Positions 18,126-27,133 of a stretch of 64,000 bases of DNA are shown here, piece after piece (the first letter of the stretch is position 1; the number at the start of each line of letters is the position of its first letter). The notes under the pieces are model-generated. The model saw only the letters and a list, made by a program, of their open reading frames with translations. It was not told the DNA's origin and searched no databases. Position numbers and translations under genes: made by a program. This DNA is from Candidatus Latescibacterota bacterium (GTDB lineage Bacteria > Latescibacterota > UBA2968 > UBA8231): positions 5,248,001-5,312,000 of the forward strand of contig OZ244561.1 of assembly GCA_965217585.1 (NCBI GenBank). Direction: 5' to 3'.

Positions 18126-18862
18126 GCGAAAACCTGCAACGCTTCTTGTGGACGGCGTACGACCGCTTGGGCGGGCTGGTGGGCTACAACTTGCTGTGGA
18201 GCGCGTTGAGCCTGCCTTGGATCGGCGGGGCCTACATGCTTTTGCAACTGGGGTTTGGGCTGGGTGGCTTGGGTCTGGCGGGGGCCGCGGTCTTAGCCGG
18301 TGTCCTGCTGTTGGGCGCACCGGCCACGGCAGTGCTTTTCGCGGCTGGGGCGGCTTGGGCGCGGGGTAGGGACTTCGGCTTGCGGGAGTTCTGGGCGGCT
18401 GGCCGCGCATTTTTTTGGCGCGCCCTCGCGCTGGGGTTGCTGATGGTCGCCGCGGTCGCGCTGGTGCTGGCCAACGTGGTTTTTTACCAGCGGATCGGCG
18501 GCTGGCTGGGGTTGCTTTTGGGTGGGCTGATGGTCTGGTTTCTGCTACTGGTGGGCATGGTTGCGGTGTATGTTTTTCCGGTGCTGGTCACCCAGGAGGG
18601 GTCGGTGTGGGCCACCGTGCGTCACAGCTTTCTCCTGTCGGTCGATAATATAAAGCTCTCGCTAGTTTTTCTACTGAGCGCAGGCTTGGCCTTGGGCCTT
18701 GGCGTCGCTTCTGGAGTGGGGTTGTTCTGCGGCGGCTTGGCGGCTTGGGCCTTGTGGGTCAGCGTCGGTTTTCGCGCACTCTTGCCCAAGTACACAGGCC
18801 AGTCTCTGCCTAGTGAGGCCCCGCGTCGGCTGCGCGAACTAATTCGCCCCTGGGAGGCTTGA
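18122..18862 (+). CDS. Integral membrane protein (DUF624/YesL-like)
   Basis: NLLW...P, APATAVLF, five to six TM helices; TTGA overlap with the upstream gene. Confidence 0.6.
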   Translation: MSENLQRFLWTAYDRLGGLVGYNLLWSALSLPWIGGAYMLLQLGFGLGGLGLAGAAVLAGVLLLGAPATAVLFAAGAAWARGRDFGLREFWAAGRAFFWRALALGLLMVAAVALVLANVVFYQRIGGWLGLLLGGLMVWFLLLVGMVAVYVFPVLVTQEGSVWATVRHSFLLSVDNIKLSLVFLLSAGLALGLGVASGVGLFCGGLAAWALWVSVGFRALLPKYTGQSLPSEAPRRLRELIRPWEA

Positions 18863-18865
18863 GCA

Positions 18866-20428
18866 TTGGACTTGCCCAAACTGGTAACGGGCCGCGAAAT
18901 GGCGGCGGTCGATCAGCACACCATCGCCGAGGCGGGCATCTCCAGCGCCGAACTCATCGAGCGGGCGGGTGCAGAGGTGGTTGCGGCCATTGCAGCGCGC
19001 TGGGACGGCTTGGCCGGTTTGCAGGCCGTGGTGCTGTGCGGCAAGGGCAACAATGGCGGCGATGGGTTTGCTGTGGCTCGGCTCTTGCGCGCTGGTGGTG
19101 GCTCGGCGCGGGTCTTCCTCGCAGCAGACCGCGCGGCGGTACAAGGAGCCGCAGCCGAGCACTTGCGGCGTTGCGAACAGGCGGGCTGTGCTGTCGAAGT
19201 GCTCGGCGAGGACTTGGCTCCGCTCGACGCGGCAGTCCAGGAAGCTGACTTGGTGATTGACGCGCTTTTGGGGACTGGGTTGCGAGGGGCACCTCGTCCG
19301 GCTATGGCGCACGTCATTGAACGCATTGCCGATTGCGGGAGGCCGGTAGTGGCCGTGGATGTTCCCTCGGGGGTCGAGGCCGACACCGGACAGGTCCACG
19401 ACGCAGCCGTTCAAGCGATGCTGACGGTGACCTTCGGATTGGTCAAAGTCGGGCAGCTATTTTATCCCGGTCGGTCGCATTGTGGTGCGCTGCACCTGGC
19501 CAATATCGGCTTCCCCGAGCCCATCCTGCGCGATGCGGTTGCCCAAGCTCTGCTGCTTTCCGCCGAGGGGCTGGGGCCGCTCGTGCCGCGGCGCCGTGGC
19601 GACGAGCACAAGGGAAGCTGTGGGGCGGTGGCGGTGGTCGCGGGTTCGGTGGGCATGACCGGGGCGGCCGCGCTGACGGCGGATGCCGCGCTTAGAAGCG
19701 GGGCCGGCCGCGTCCAGCTAGGGGTGCCCGCAAGTCTCAACGACATTCTCGAAGTCAAGCTCTCTGAGGTCATGACCCGGCCGTTGCCCGAAGTGCGCAA
19801 GCGGCGCTGTTTGTCGCTGCGGGCCTTGGGCGCGGTGCGCGCTATGTTGACGCGGGCCGATGTCTTGGCCTTGGGTCCGGGTTTGGGGCGCTATCGGGAG
19901 ACTGAGGAGTTGGTGAGGCGGCTGGTGTTGCAAACCGAGCTGCCCCTCGTTTTGGATGCAGACGGGCTTAGTGCTTTCGCCGGGCAAGCCGATCTGCTAA
20001 AGGGCCGTTCGGCACCGCTGGTCCTCACGCCCCATGTGGGCGAGTTCGCCCGCTTGAGCGGGTTGGACAAGCGGCGGATTGCCGACGCGCCCATGGCGGT
20101 GGCCCGCGACTTTGCCAGCGAATTCGGCGCGACGCTGGTGTTGAAGGGCGCGCCGACCGTCGTGGCCTTGGGCGATGGACGCGTGGCGGTCAACTCCACG
20201 GGCAATGCGGGCATGGCCACGGCCGGGTCGGGTGACGTGCTGACCGGGATCATCGCCGGGCTGATGGCCCAAGGGCTAGACGCGGAGACTGCAGCCTGCC
20301 TCGGGGTCTATGTCCACGGTCGGGCTGGGGATCGGGCGGTCGAACGGCTGGGAGAATGGGGGATGCGGGCGGGCGATATAGCCGACGAAATCGCCTTGGC
20401 CATGGTGGATACGGCGCGGTCTGCTTGA
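18866..20428 (+). CDS. nnr: Bifunctional NAD(P)H-hydrate epimerase/dehydratase
   Basis: GKGNNGGDG, DALLGTG, DVPSG, HKGSCG, LDADGL, TPHVGEF, MATAGSGDVL. Confidence 0.95.
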   Translation: MDLPKLVTGREMAAVDQHTIAEAGISSAELIERAGAEVVAAIAARWDGLAGLQAVVLCGKGNNGGDGFAVARLLRAGGGSARVFLAADRAAVQGAAAEHLRRCEQAGCAVEVLGEDLAPLDAAVQEADLVIDALLGTGLRGAPRPAMAHVIERIADCGRPVVAVDVPSGVEADTGQVHDAAVQAMLTVTFGLVKVGQLFYPGRSHCGALHLANIGFPEPILRDAVAQALLLSAEGLGPLVPRRRGDEHKGSCGAVAVVAGSVGMTGAAALTADAALRSGAGRVQLGVPASLNDILEVKLSEVMTRPLPEVRKRRCLSLRALGAVRAMLTRADVLALGPGLGRYRETEELVRRLVLQTELPLVLDADGLSAFAGQADLLKGRSAPLVLTPHVGEFARLSGLDKRRIADAPMAVARDFASEFGATLVLKGAPTVVALGDGRVAVNSTGNAGMATAGSGDVLTGIIAGLMAQGLDAETAACLGVYVHGRAGDRAVERLGEWGMRAGDIADEIALAMVDTARSA

Positions 20429-20453
20429 CATGTTTGGGGCGATGCTGTACTGT
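20425..20453 (+). promoter_or_regulatory. Candidate sigma70 promoter for the 20524 gene
   Basis: TTGACA (20425-20430), 17 bp, TACTGT (20448-20453). Confidence 0.45.
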
Positions 20454-20523
20454 GGAAATGGAACTGGGGTGTCGGGGTGGGCGCTTCTTGGCTTTTGCAC
20501 ATTTAATTTACAGAGCTTGCGTT

Positions 20524-21015
20524 ATGGCCGACGTCAAAGACGCCATTGAAGAAATGATCGAAGAGTCGTACTTGCTGGGGCTTTCGGAAGACGAGATCCT
20601 CGCGGATTTCAGCCGCTTTATCGATACCTGCTATACCGTTATCCAAGACAACGTAAAAAGTCGCGAAGCCCTCAGCCGCTTGGCCGAGAATTTGGCGCGG
20701 GAGAAGACCAGTACTCGCATCGCCGACCGCTCGGCTGATCCGGACGATGTCGCGATCAAGGACGCCCAGCGGGCCTGCGCCGAAAAAGCGGCGCGCCGCA
20801 AACGCATGGTCCTAAAGGCCATTGCCGACTACGACCCCCACCTCGTCCGCCTGATCAACGAGCAGCGCTTTCAGGTAGATCTCAAGGAAGTGTCGCGCCC
20901 CAAGCCCAAGGTCCGTCAGGGCCACGATTGGGAGCGCTATGGCCAGCTCTTGCTCAAGGCCGGCTGCATCACTGTGATCGCGCTCCTCCTGTTTCTCATT
21001 TACCTAAGGCTTTAA
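20524..21015 (+). CDS. Hypothetical helical protein with C-terminal TM anchor
   Basis: Host-like codon usage from ATG 20524; ends CITVIALLLFLIYLRL. Confidence 0.65.
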   Translation: MADVKDAIEEMIEESYLLGLSEDEILADFSRFIDTCYTVIQDNVKSREALSRLAENLAREKTSTRIADRSADPDDVAIKDAQRACAEKAARRKRMVLKAIADYDPHLVRLINEQRFQVDLKEVSRPKPKVRQGHDWERYGQLLLKAGCITVIALLLFLIYLRL

Positions 21016-21119
21016 TCGCTTGCGTTCGGCTGCGAAGACTACTTGTACAGACAGCCTATATTTAGAAACCCCCATAGGGAGCAATTTGGATTCTAGATTC
21101 TTAAATCTTGGAGGGTACC

Positions 21120-21782
21120 ATGCCAATTATTATTCCTATTATTATTGCTGTAGCCGCACTTGCGATAGGGACAGGAACAGCGGTCGTCCTAAAATGGGAC
21201 GAAATTATGACAGCCCTCAAGGGCAAGAAGCTCGCTGTGCTTGGAGCGCGTAAGGTTGGGAAGACCGTATTGATTAAATATCTTACTACAGGTACTGTAA
21301 CGGAAGATTATAAGCAGACAAGGCGTCCTGAAAAGACCCCAGCTCGTCGTTTTAGGCTCGAAGATTTGGATTTGGCCATTAAGAAAAGCTATGATGTACC
21401 TGGCAAAGATCATTATAAGCAATGGAAAGATATTACTAAAGAGTCAGACATTGTACTATATCTCTTGCGGATAGATAAGTTGATGGAAGGTGATGAAATC
21501 ACAGAGGAGAGGATCCGAGGAGACATGGAGCTCATTAGCAGTTGGTTAGAGGAAAATCCTAAAAAGTTTCCTCTGTTTATCATTGGAACGTACTTTGATC
21601 GCTTGTCAGAAAGTAAAATTGAGGATTACCAAGATAGTGTACGTCAAATGCCTATATTCGAAACCATTGAACTACTCGCTACCAAAAGTGGAAGTGATGT
21701 AAGGGTCATATTGGGTAGCTTAAGATCGAAAAGGGACACTGAAGAACTGGTACATAATATATTTAGCCAGGTGATAGGATAA
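21120..21782 (+). CDS. Membrane-anchored Ras/Roc-like small GTPase
   Basis: RBS GGAGG; N-terminal hydrophobic helix; G1 GARKVGKT, G2 YKQT, G3 DVPG, G4-like GTYFD. Confidence 0.8.
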   Translation: MPIIIPIIIAVAALAIGTGTAVVLKWDEIMTALKGKKLAVLGARKVGKTVLIKYLTTGTVTEDYKQTRRPEKTPARRFRLEDLDLAIKKSYDVPGKDHYKQWKDITKESDIVLYLLRIDKLMEGDEITEERIRGDMELISSWLEENPKKFPLFIIGTYFDRLSESKIEDYQDSVRQMPIFETIELLATKSGSDVRVILGSLRSKRDTEELVHNIFSQVIG

Positions 21783-22405
21783 TGAATAACCTATCGTTTA
21801 GTGCCCAACATTTGGACAACCAGTCCCTCGATCCTATGAAGATCGGAAAAGATTTTCTTACCGAAGAGAAGATAGATGAACGCCAGAAATTGGCTGAAAA
21901 AATATCAGAAATTTCTCTAAAAGGCGAAGAGGTCTTTTCTAAAAATTCGCATTTTGCGTTTTTGTATCACGATAAATTTCTCTTAGAGACACCTTCGGAT
22001 CAGTTAGATGATGGTGGTAGAATCGCGCCTCTCCTTTGCTATGGTCACGTGCCAGACGAGCCTCGGGAATCGTGGTCTATTGAGGTGGTCGATTCTTTAG
22101 TCGTCTTTGCGAAGAGTATTAAAAGAACGGTTTCAGACGAAAGCCAAAGGGTGGCCCTTGAAGGAGTTCAAAAAATAGTTGAAGAAAGAAAGCGAAGGCG
22201 GAAAGTCGAAAAAATCTTAAAGCCGCTCGGGCTTGGAGCAGCAGCTATAGCTGTGTTGGCTTTGGTAATGAAGGGAAAGGGAAGGAAAGACAAAGAGATA
22301 GATAAAGAAATGGGTCGCCGAAACCAGAATTTAGCCTTGGGGATCATAGCTGTGTTAAGTCTCTCAAATGCCATACTGGCGGTGGTTATTTTGTCTAAAA
22401 AGTAA
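21782..22405 (+). CDS. Hypothetical protein with two C-terminal TM helices, coupled to the GTPase gene
   Basis: TAATG stop/start overlap; DDGGRIAP motif; two hydrophobic segments flanked by basic runs. Confidence 0.7.
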   Translation: MNNLSFSAQHLDNQSLDPMKIGKDFLTEEKIDERQKLAEKISEISLKGEEVFSKNSHFAFLYHDKFLLETPSDQLDDGGRIAPLLCYGHVPDEPRESWSIEVVDSLVVFAKSIKRTVSDESQRVALEGVQKIVEERKRRRKVEKILKPLGLGAAAIAVLALVMKGKGRKDKEIDKEMGRRNQNLALGIIAVLSLSNAILAVVILSKK

Positions 22406-22475
22406 AATCAGTTTCAAGGTCCTAGCCTCATTTAGGCTGGACAAATCCACACTACTCAAAATCAGGAAAAAGATC

Positions 22476-23252
22476 ATGGCAGATAGCAAATGGCCGGACG
22501 AACCCTCTCGCCGCAAAGCTGTGTTTGTACTAGACCAGAGCGATATTGAGGCATTACGTTTAGATAAGGACGGCGCTAGCCTCTTACTCAATAAAGAAGT
22601 GCATGTACTTTCTGCTTTTTCGCAGGAGTCCAATCCAATCGTGCAAGAGCTAATTAACAGCGGGCTGGCGCGGCCAGGTGCTGTACTGATTCAAAGTCCT
22701 TTCGAGAAGGGTATCTACGAGAATTCGACGCAGGCGATGGAGCGTTTCGCACTAGACAAACATCTGTACTTTTCCACGTTATGTGGATATTTAGGTGCCA
22801 GCAAAGTTACCGTAGAGCAGATCGAACTTAAAACGAAAGATAAGAAGGAAACCTTGTCCATTGAAATCGAAGGTGCTTCCTCCGGACCCAGTGTAAGGAC
22901 TGACGTAAAAAATGAAGAGTTGGCTTCGCTCTACAACCGACTGGACTTGCAGGATACCTTCGTGGGAGGTTCACCAGATTTGCCAGAAGCAGAGAGATTT
23001 CTTAGAGAAACTGGGTTATTAGGTGACGCCAATATGCGCTCACTTCTCAAAAGCCAAGGGCCGATCAACCGGCTTACAAGCCGAAGGCTTAGGTTGAACA
23101 TAACAAACGAGACACAACGCAACCTTGATGTGTTGGTTAATTTTAACGCCTCCACTTTCTTCTCGCGGTTCTCATCACTGGAGGCTGACTACAATCGTCA
23201 TGTAAAAGAAAAGACAGAGTTCACTCTCACCGTCAGAGTAGATTTCCAATAA
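22476..23252 (+). CDS. Hypothetical 258-aa protein with long amphipathic beta segments
   Basis: ATG 22476 after AGGA; uninterrupted ORF within the AT-rich operon. Confidence 0.7.
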   Translation: MADSKWPDEPSRRKAVFVLDQSDIEALRLDKDGASLLLNKEVHVLSAFSQESNPIVQELINSGLARPGAVLIQSPFEKGIYENSTQAMERFALDKHLYFSTLCGYLGASKVTVEQIELKTKDKKETLSIEIEGASSGPSVRTDVKNEELASLYNRLDLQDTFVGGSPDLPEAERFLRETGLLGDANMRSLLKSQGPINRLTSRRLRLNITNETQRNLDVLVNFNASTFFSRFSSLEADYNRHVKEKTEFTLTVRVDFQ

Positions 23253-23265
23253 GGAGTCGCCTGAA

Positions 23266-23856
23266 GTGTCTGCCGATTTCTACGTCCACATTGTCGAATC
23301 GCCGTCGCCAGCAGAACTGCGTGATGGCGTCACAGAAGGCAGAGCGCTCTGCTCGTTCCTCGACATCGCCGGGATTCCATACTCGTATAGCCTCGCCGTT
23401 GATTTAGATCAGTTCCGCATAGCTATGACTAATAAAGTTGACGAAGCTATAAATGGATTTAGCAAACTCCCAATTCTGCACCTTAGCGTCCACGGGGGTG
23501 AAGGAGGAATTCAGCTTACGAATCAAGAGAAACTCTTATGGTCTGAGCTCGCTGATTACATTCATCCCATCAATAATAGACTCAATGGTAGACTCGACGT
23601 GTGCATGTCGTGCTGCGGCGGAGCGTACGGCGCACAAATGGCACAGGTCTTTCCAGATAGCCCTTATAATTGGCTTGTAGGCTCATTCGCTGATGTTGCG
23701 CTCCCAGACATTGCGTTGGCGTATTCTATCCTTTACCGCCGCGTCCACTGTGGCTACGAAAACTTGCTCGAGTTGATCGAAACGGTACGTGCCGCGTCAG
23801 GCATTTCCGATTTTGGTATATGGGATGGTAAGCGAATACAAGAGGAGTATCGCTGA
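23266..23856 (+). CDS. Caspase/CHAT-like (clan CD) cysteine protease
   Basis: RBS AAGGAG; ILHLSVHG (His-Gly after a hydrophobic strand) and VCMSCC (Cys after a strand) about 40 aa later. Confidence 0.65.
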   Translation: MSADFYVHIVESPSPAELRDGVTEGRALCSFLDIAGIPYSYSLAVDLDQFRIAMTNKVDEAINGFSKLPILHLSVHGGEGGIQLTNQEKLLWSELADYIHPINNRLNGRLDVCMSCCGGAYGAQMAQVFPDSPYNWLVGSFADVALPDIALAYSILYRRVHCGYENLLELIETVRAASGISDFGIWDGKRIQEEYR

Positions 23857-23904
23857 CAGATCATGCACTATTTTGTCCGCGCCTTTCGCACTTGCTAAAA
23901 CTCC

Positions 23905-26900
23905 ATGCCCAAACGCACAGATATTCAAAAAATAATGCTCATCGGCTCTGGCCCCATCGTCATTGGCCAAGCCTGCGAGTTTGATTATTCGGGAACGCAA
24001 GCCTGTAAGGCGCTGGCCGAAGAAGGCTACGACATTGTCTTGGTCAACAGCAATCCGGCGACGATTATGACTGATCCAGAGGTGGCCGACCGGACCTATA
24101 TCGAGCCGATCACGCCGGAGATTTGCGCGCGGATCATCGCCGCGGAAAAGCCGCAGGCTCTCCTGCCAACGCTCGGGGGCCAAACCGCGCTCAACACGGC
24201 GGTGGCCTTGGCCGAAAGCGGAACCCTCGCCGAGCACGGCGTCGAGCTGATTGGCGCTTCACTCGAGGCCATCAAGATGGCCGAAGACCGCGAACTCTTC
24301 AAAGCCGCCATGGACCGGGCCGGATTGTTCATGCCTCGCGGGGCCTTCGTCCACAGCCTCGAAGAGGCCCACAAGCACCAAGCCGAATTGGGCTACCCGA
24401 CGATCATCCGCCCCTCTTTTACGATGGGAGGCTCTGGCGGTGGCGTGGCGTACAACGCCGAGGAATTCGAGCGGATCGTGCGCCACGGCCTCGACCTGAG
24501 CCCGATCGACGAGGTGCTGATCGAGGAATCGGTGCTCGGGTGGAAGGAATTCGAGCTGGAGGTCATGCGCGATCACCGCGACAACGTGGTTATTATCTGC
24601 TCAATTGAAAACTTCGACCCCATGGGGATCCACACTGGCGACAGCATCACGGTCGCACCGGCGCAGACCTTGTCCGACAAGGAATATCAGCACATGCGCG
24701 ACGCGGCCATCCGCATCATGCGCGAGATCGGCGTAGATACCGGCGGGTCCAATATCCAGTTCGCGGTCAATCCTACGGACGGCCGCATGGTCGTCATCGA
24801 GATGAACCCTCGGGTCTCGCGCTCCTCGGCGCTGGCTTCTAAAGCAACGGGATTTCCCATCGCCAAGATCGCCGCCAAACTGGCCGTGGGCTACAGTCTG
24901 GACGAAATCCGCAACGACATCACTCGCGAGACCCCAGCCTCCTTTGAGCCGACCATCGACTACGTGGTGACCAAAATTCCGCGCTTTACCTTTGAGAAAT
25001 TTCCCAGCACGCCGGATGTACTCGACACCCAGATGCGCTCGGTGGGAGAGACCATGGCCATTGGCCGCACCTTTAAGGAATCTCTGCAAAAGGGCCTGCG
25101 CTCGCTGGAGGTCGGCCGGGCGGGTTTTGGCGCCGACGGCAAGGACCTCAGCGCGGCCAAAGTGGCCGACAAGGAACTGCGCGAGAAATTGCTGCGTCCC
25201 AATTCCCAGCGCATGTCCTACCTCAAGCTGGCCATCGCCAAAGGCTACACCCACGACGATATCTATGGACTCACGGGCATTGATCCGTGGTTTCTCGACC
25301 AGCTCTACCAGCTTTTTGAACTCGAACAGCAGCTAGCGCGCGAAGACGTGCTCGCAGACGTTGTCTTGTTGCGCCGCGCCAAGGAGTGGGGATTTAGCGA
25401 CCGTCAGCTAGCGCATCTCAACGGCTGCGACGAGGCGAGCGTCCGCCGGCGTCGCCTCGAGTTAGGCATTCGCCCGGTGTACAAAACGGTCGATACTTGC
25501 GCCGCTGAATTTGAGGCCCATACGCCCTACCACTACTCGACGTACGACCGCGAGGACGAAGTGCAGCGCTCGACGCGCAAGAAAATCGCCATCCTCGGCG
25601 GCGGGCCGAACCGCATCGGCCAGGGGATCGAGTTCGATTACTGCTGCGTCCACGCGTGTTTCGCGCTGCGCGAAATCGGCTATGAGACCATTATGGTCAA
25701 CTCCAATCCCGAGACGGTCAGCACGGATTACGATACGGCCGACAAGCTCTACTTTGAGCCGCTGACGATCGAAGACGTGCTGCACATCGTCGAGCGCGAA
25801 GCCCCGGATGGCGTCATCGTGCAGTTCGGGGGACAGACCCCGCTGAACTTGGCGGCCGAACTAGAGCGCGAGGGCGTGCCCATTATCGGCACCTCGCCTG
25901 GCAGCATCGACTTGGCCGAGGATCGCCAGCGCTTCGGCCAGCTACTGAACGAGCTGGGCATCCGCCAGCCGGCGAATGGCATGGCCGCTAGTTGTGCCGA
26001 GGCGTGCGCGGTCGCCGAGCAGATTGGCTTCCCGGTCTTGGTGCGGCCTTCTTATGTGCTTGGTGGGCGGGCCATGGTCGTCGCCTACGATGTCGGGGGC
26101 CTCGAAACCTACATGAACGAGGCCATTGAGGTCGCGCCCGAGCGGCCCGTGCTCATCGACCGCTACTTGCAAGGCGCGGAGGAATTCGACGTGGATGCCG
26201 TGGCCGACGGGACGGACGTGGTCGTCGGCGGGATCATGCAGCACATCGAGCACGCCGGCGTGCATTCGGGCGACAGCGCCTGCGCCCTGCCGCCCTACGA
26301 CACGCCGGCTAAGCACATCGAGGCCATGCGCGAGTACACCCATGCGCTGGCGCGCGCCCTCGGTGTGATCGGCCTGATGAACGTGCAATACGCCGTCTAT
26401 CAAGGCGAGGTCTATGCGATTGAAGTAAATCCCCGGGCTTCGCGCACCGTGCCTTTTGTCAGCAAGGCCATTGGCCGCCCGCTGGCCAAGATCGCCGCGC
26501 GGGTGATGGTGGGGATGAGTTTGCGCAAGCAGGGCTTCACCGAGGAGGTCGTGCCCGCGCACATATCGGTCAAGGAGGCCGTGCTGCCCTTTATAAAATT
26601 CCCCGGGGCCGATAGCCTGCTGGGACCGGAGATGAAGTCCACGGGCGAAGTCATGGGTATTGGCCACGACTTTGGCACGGCCTTCCTCAAGGCGCAGATG
26701 GGGGCGGGTTCGCTGCTGCCGTCGTGCGGCCGGGTCTTTATCAGCGTGGCCGACTGCGATAAGGAGGAGGTCTTGCCGGTGGCCCGCCGGCTGCGCGCGG
26801 CCGGGTTCGAGCTGGTGGCTACGCAGGGCACGCGCGACTTCCTCAACAAGCACGACATCGCCGCAGAGCGGGTGCGCAAAATTCACGAGGGCCGCCCGCA

Positions 26901-27123
26901 CATCGAAGACGCGATCCGCAGCCGCCAGATCGACCTGATTATCAACACCCCCCTCGACGAGCCTTCTCACTACGACGACTTTGCGGTGCGTCGGGCCGCG
27001 GTTGTAACCGGCGTGCCCTACACCACGACAATGGCCGGGGCCCGGGCTGCGGCCGCGGGCATCGAGGCGCTGCAACGCGCCGAACTGGGCGTGCAATCCC
27101 TGCAGGATTACCATCGGGGCTAG
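23905..27123 (+). CDS. carB: Carbamoyl-phosphate synthase large subunit
   Basis: [24 protein letters not shown]; duplicated ATP-grasp domains; C-terminal MGS domain. Confidence 0.98.
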   Translation: MPKRTDIQKIMLIGSGPIVIGQACEFDYSGTQACKALAEEGYDIVLVNSNPATIMTDPEVADRTYIEPITPEICARIIAAEKPQALLPTLGGQTALNTAVALAESGTLAEHGVELIGASLEAIKMAEDRELFKAAMDRAGLFMPRGAFVHSLEEAHKHQAELGYPTIIRPSFTMGGSGGGVAYNAEEFERIVRHGLDLSPIDEVLIEESVLGWKEFELEVMRDHRDNVVIICSIENFDPMGIHTGDSITVAPAQTLSDKEYQHMRDAAIRIMREIGVDTGGSNIQFAVNPTDGRMVVIEMNPRVSRSSALASKATGFPIAKIAAKLAVGYSLDEIRNDITRETPASFEPTIDYVVTKIPRFTFEKFPSTPDVLDTQMRSVGETMAIGRTFKESLQKGLRSLEVGRAGFGADGKDLSAAKVADKELREKLLRPNSQRMSYLKLAIAKGYTHDDIYGLTGIDPWFLDQLYQLFELEQQLAREDVLADVVLLRRAKEWGFSDRQLAHLNGCDEASVRRRRLELGIRPVYKTVDTCAAEFEAHTPYHYSTYDREDEVQRSTRKKIAILGGGPNRIGQGIEFDYCCVHACFALREIGYETIMVNSNPETVSTDYDTADKLYFEPLTIEDVLHIVEREAPDGVIVQFGGQTPLNLAAELEREGVPIIGTSPGSIDLAEDRQRFGQLLNELGIRQPANGMAASCAEACAVAEQIGFPVLVRPSYVLGGRAMVVAYDVGGLETYMNEAIEVAPERPVLIDRYLQGAEEFDVDAVADGTDVVVGGIMQHIEHAGVHSGDSACALPPYDTPAKHIEAMREYTHALARALGVIGLMNVQYAVYQGEVYAIEVNPRASRTVPFVSKAIGRPLAKIAARVMVGMSLRKQGFTEEVVPAHISVKEAVLPFIKFPGADSLLGPEMKSTGEVMGIGHDFGTAFLKAQMGAGSLLPSCGRVFISVADCDKEEVLPVARRLRAAGFELVATQGTRDFLNKHDIAAERVRKIHEGRPHIEDAIRSRQIDLIINTPLDEPSHYDDFAVRRAAVVTGVPYTTTMAGARAAAAGIEALQRAELGVQSLQDYHRG

Positions 27124-27133
27124 GAGACGGCCC

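Noticed and set aside
21016-23900. att sites or direct repeats bounding the AT-rich insert (also checked around 38230 and 51970)
   Set aside because: No convincing flanking repeats, integrase or tRNA found; island status rests on composition and gene content only.
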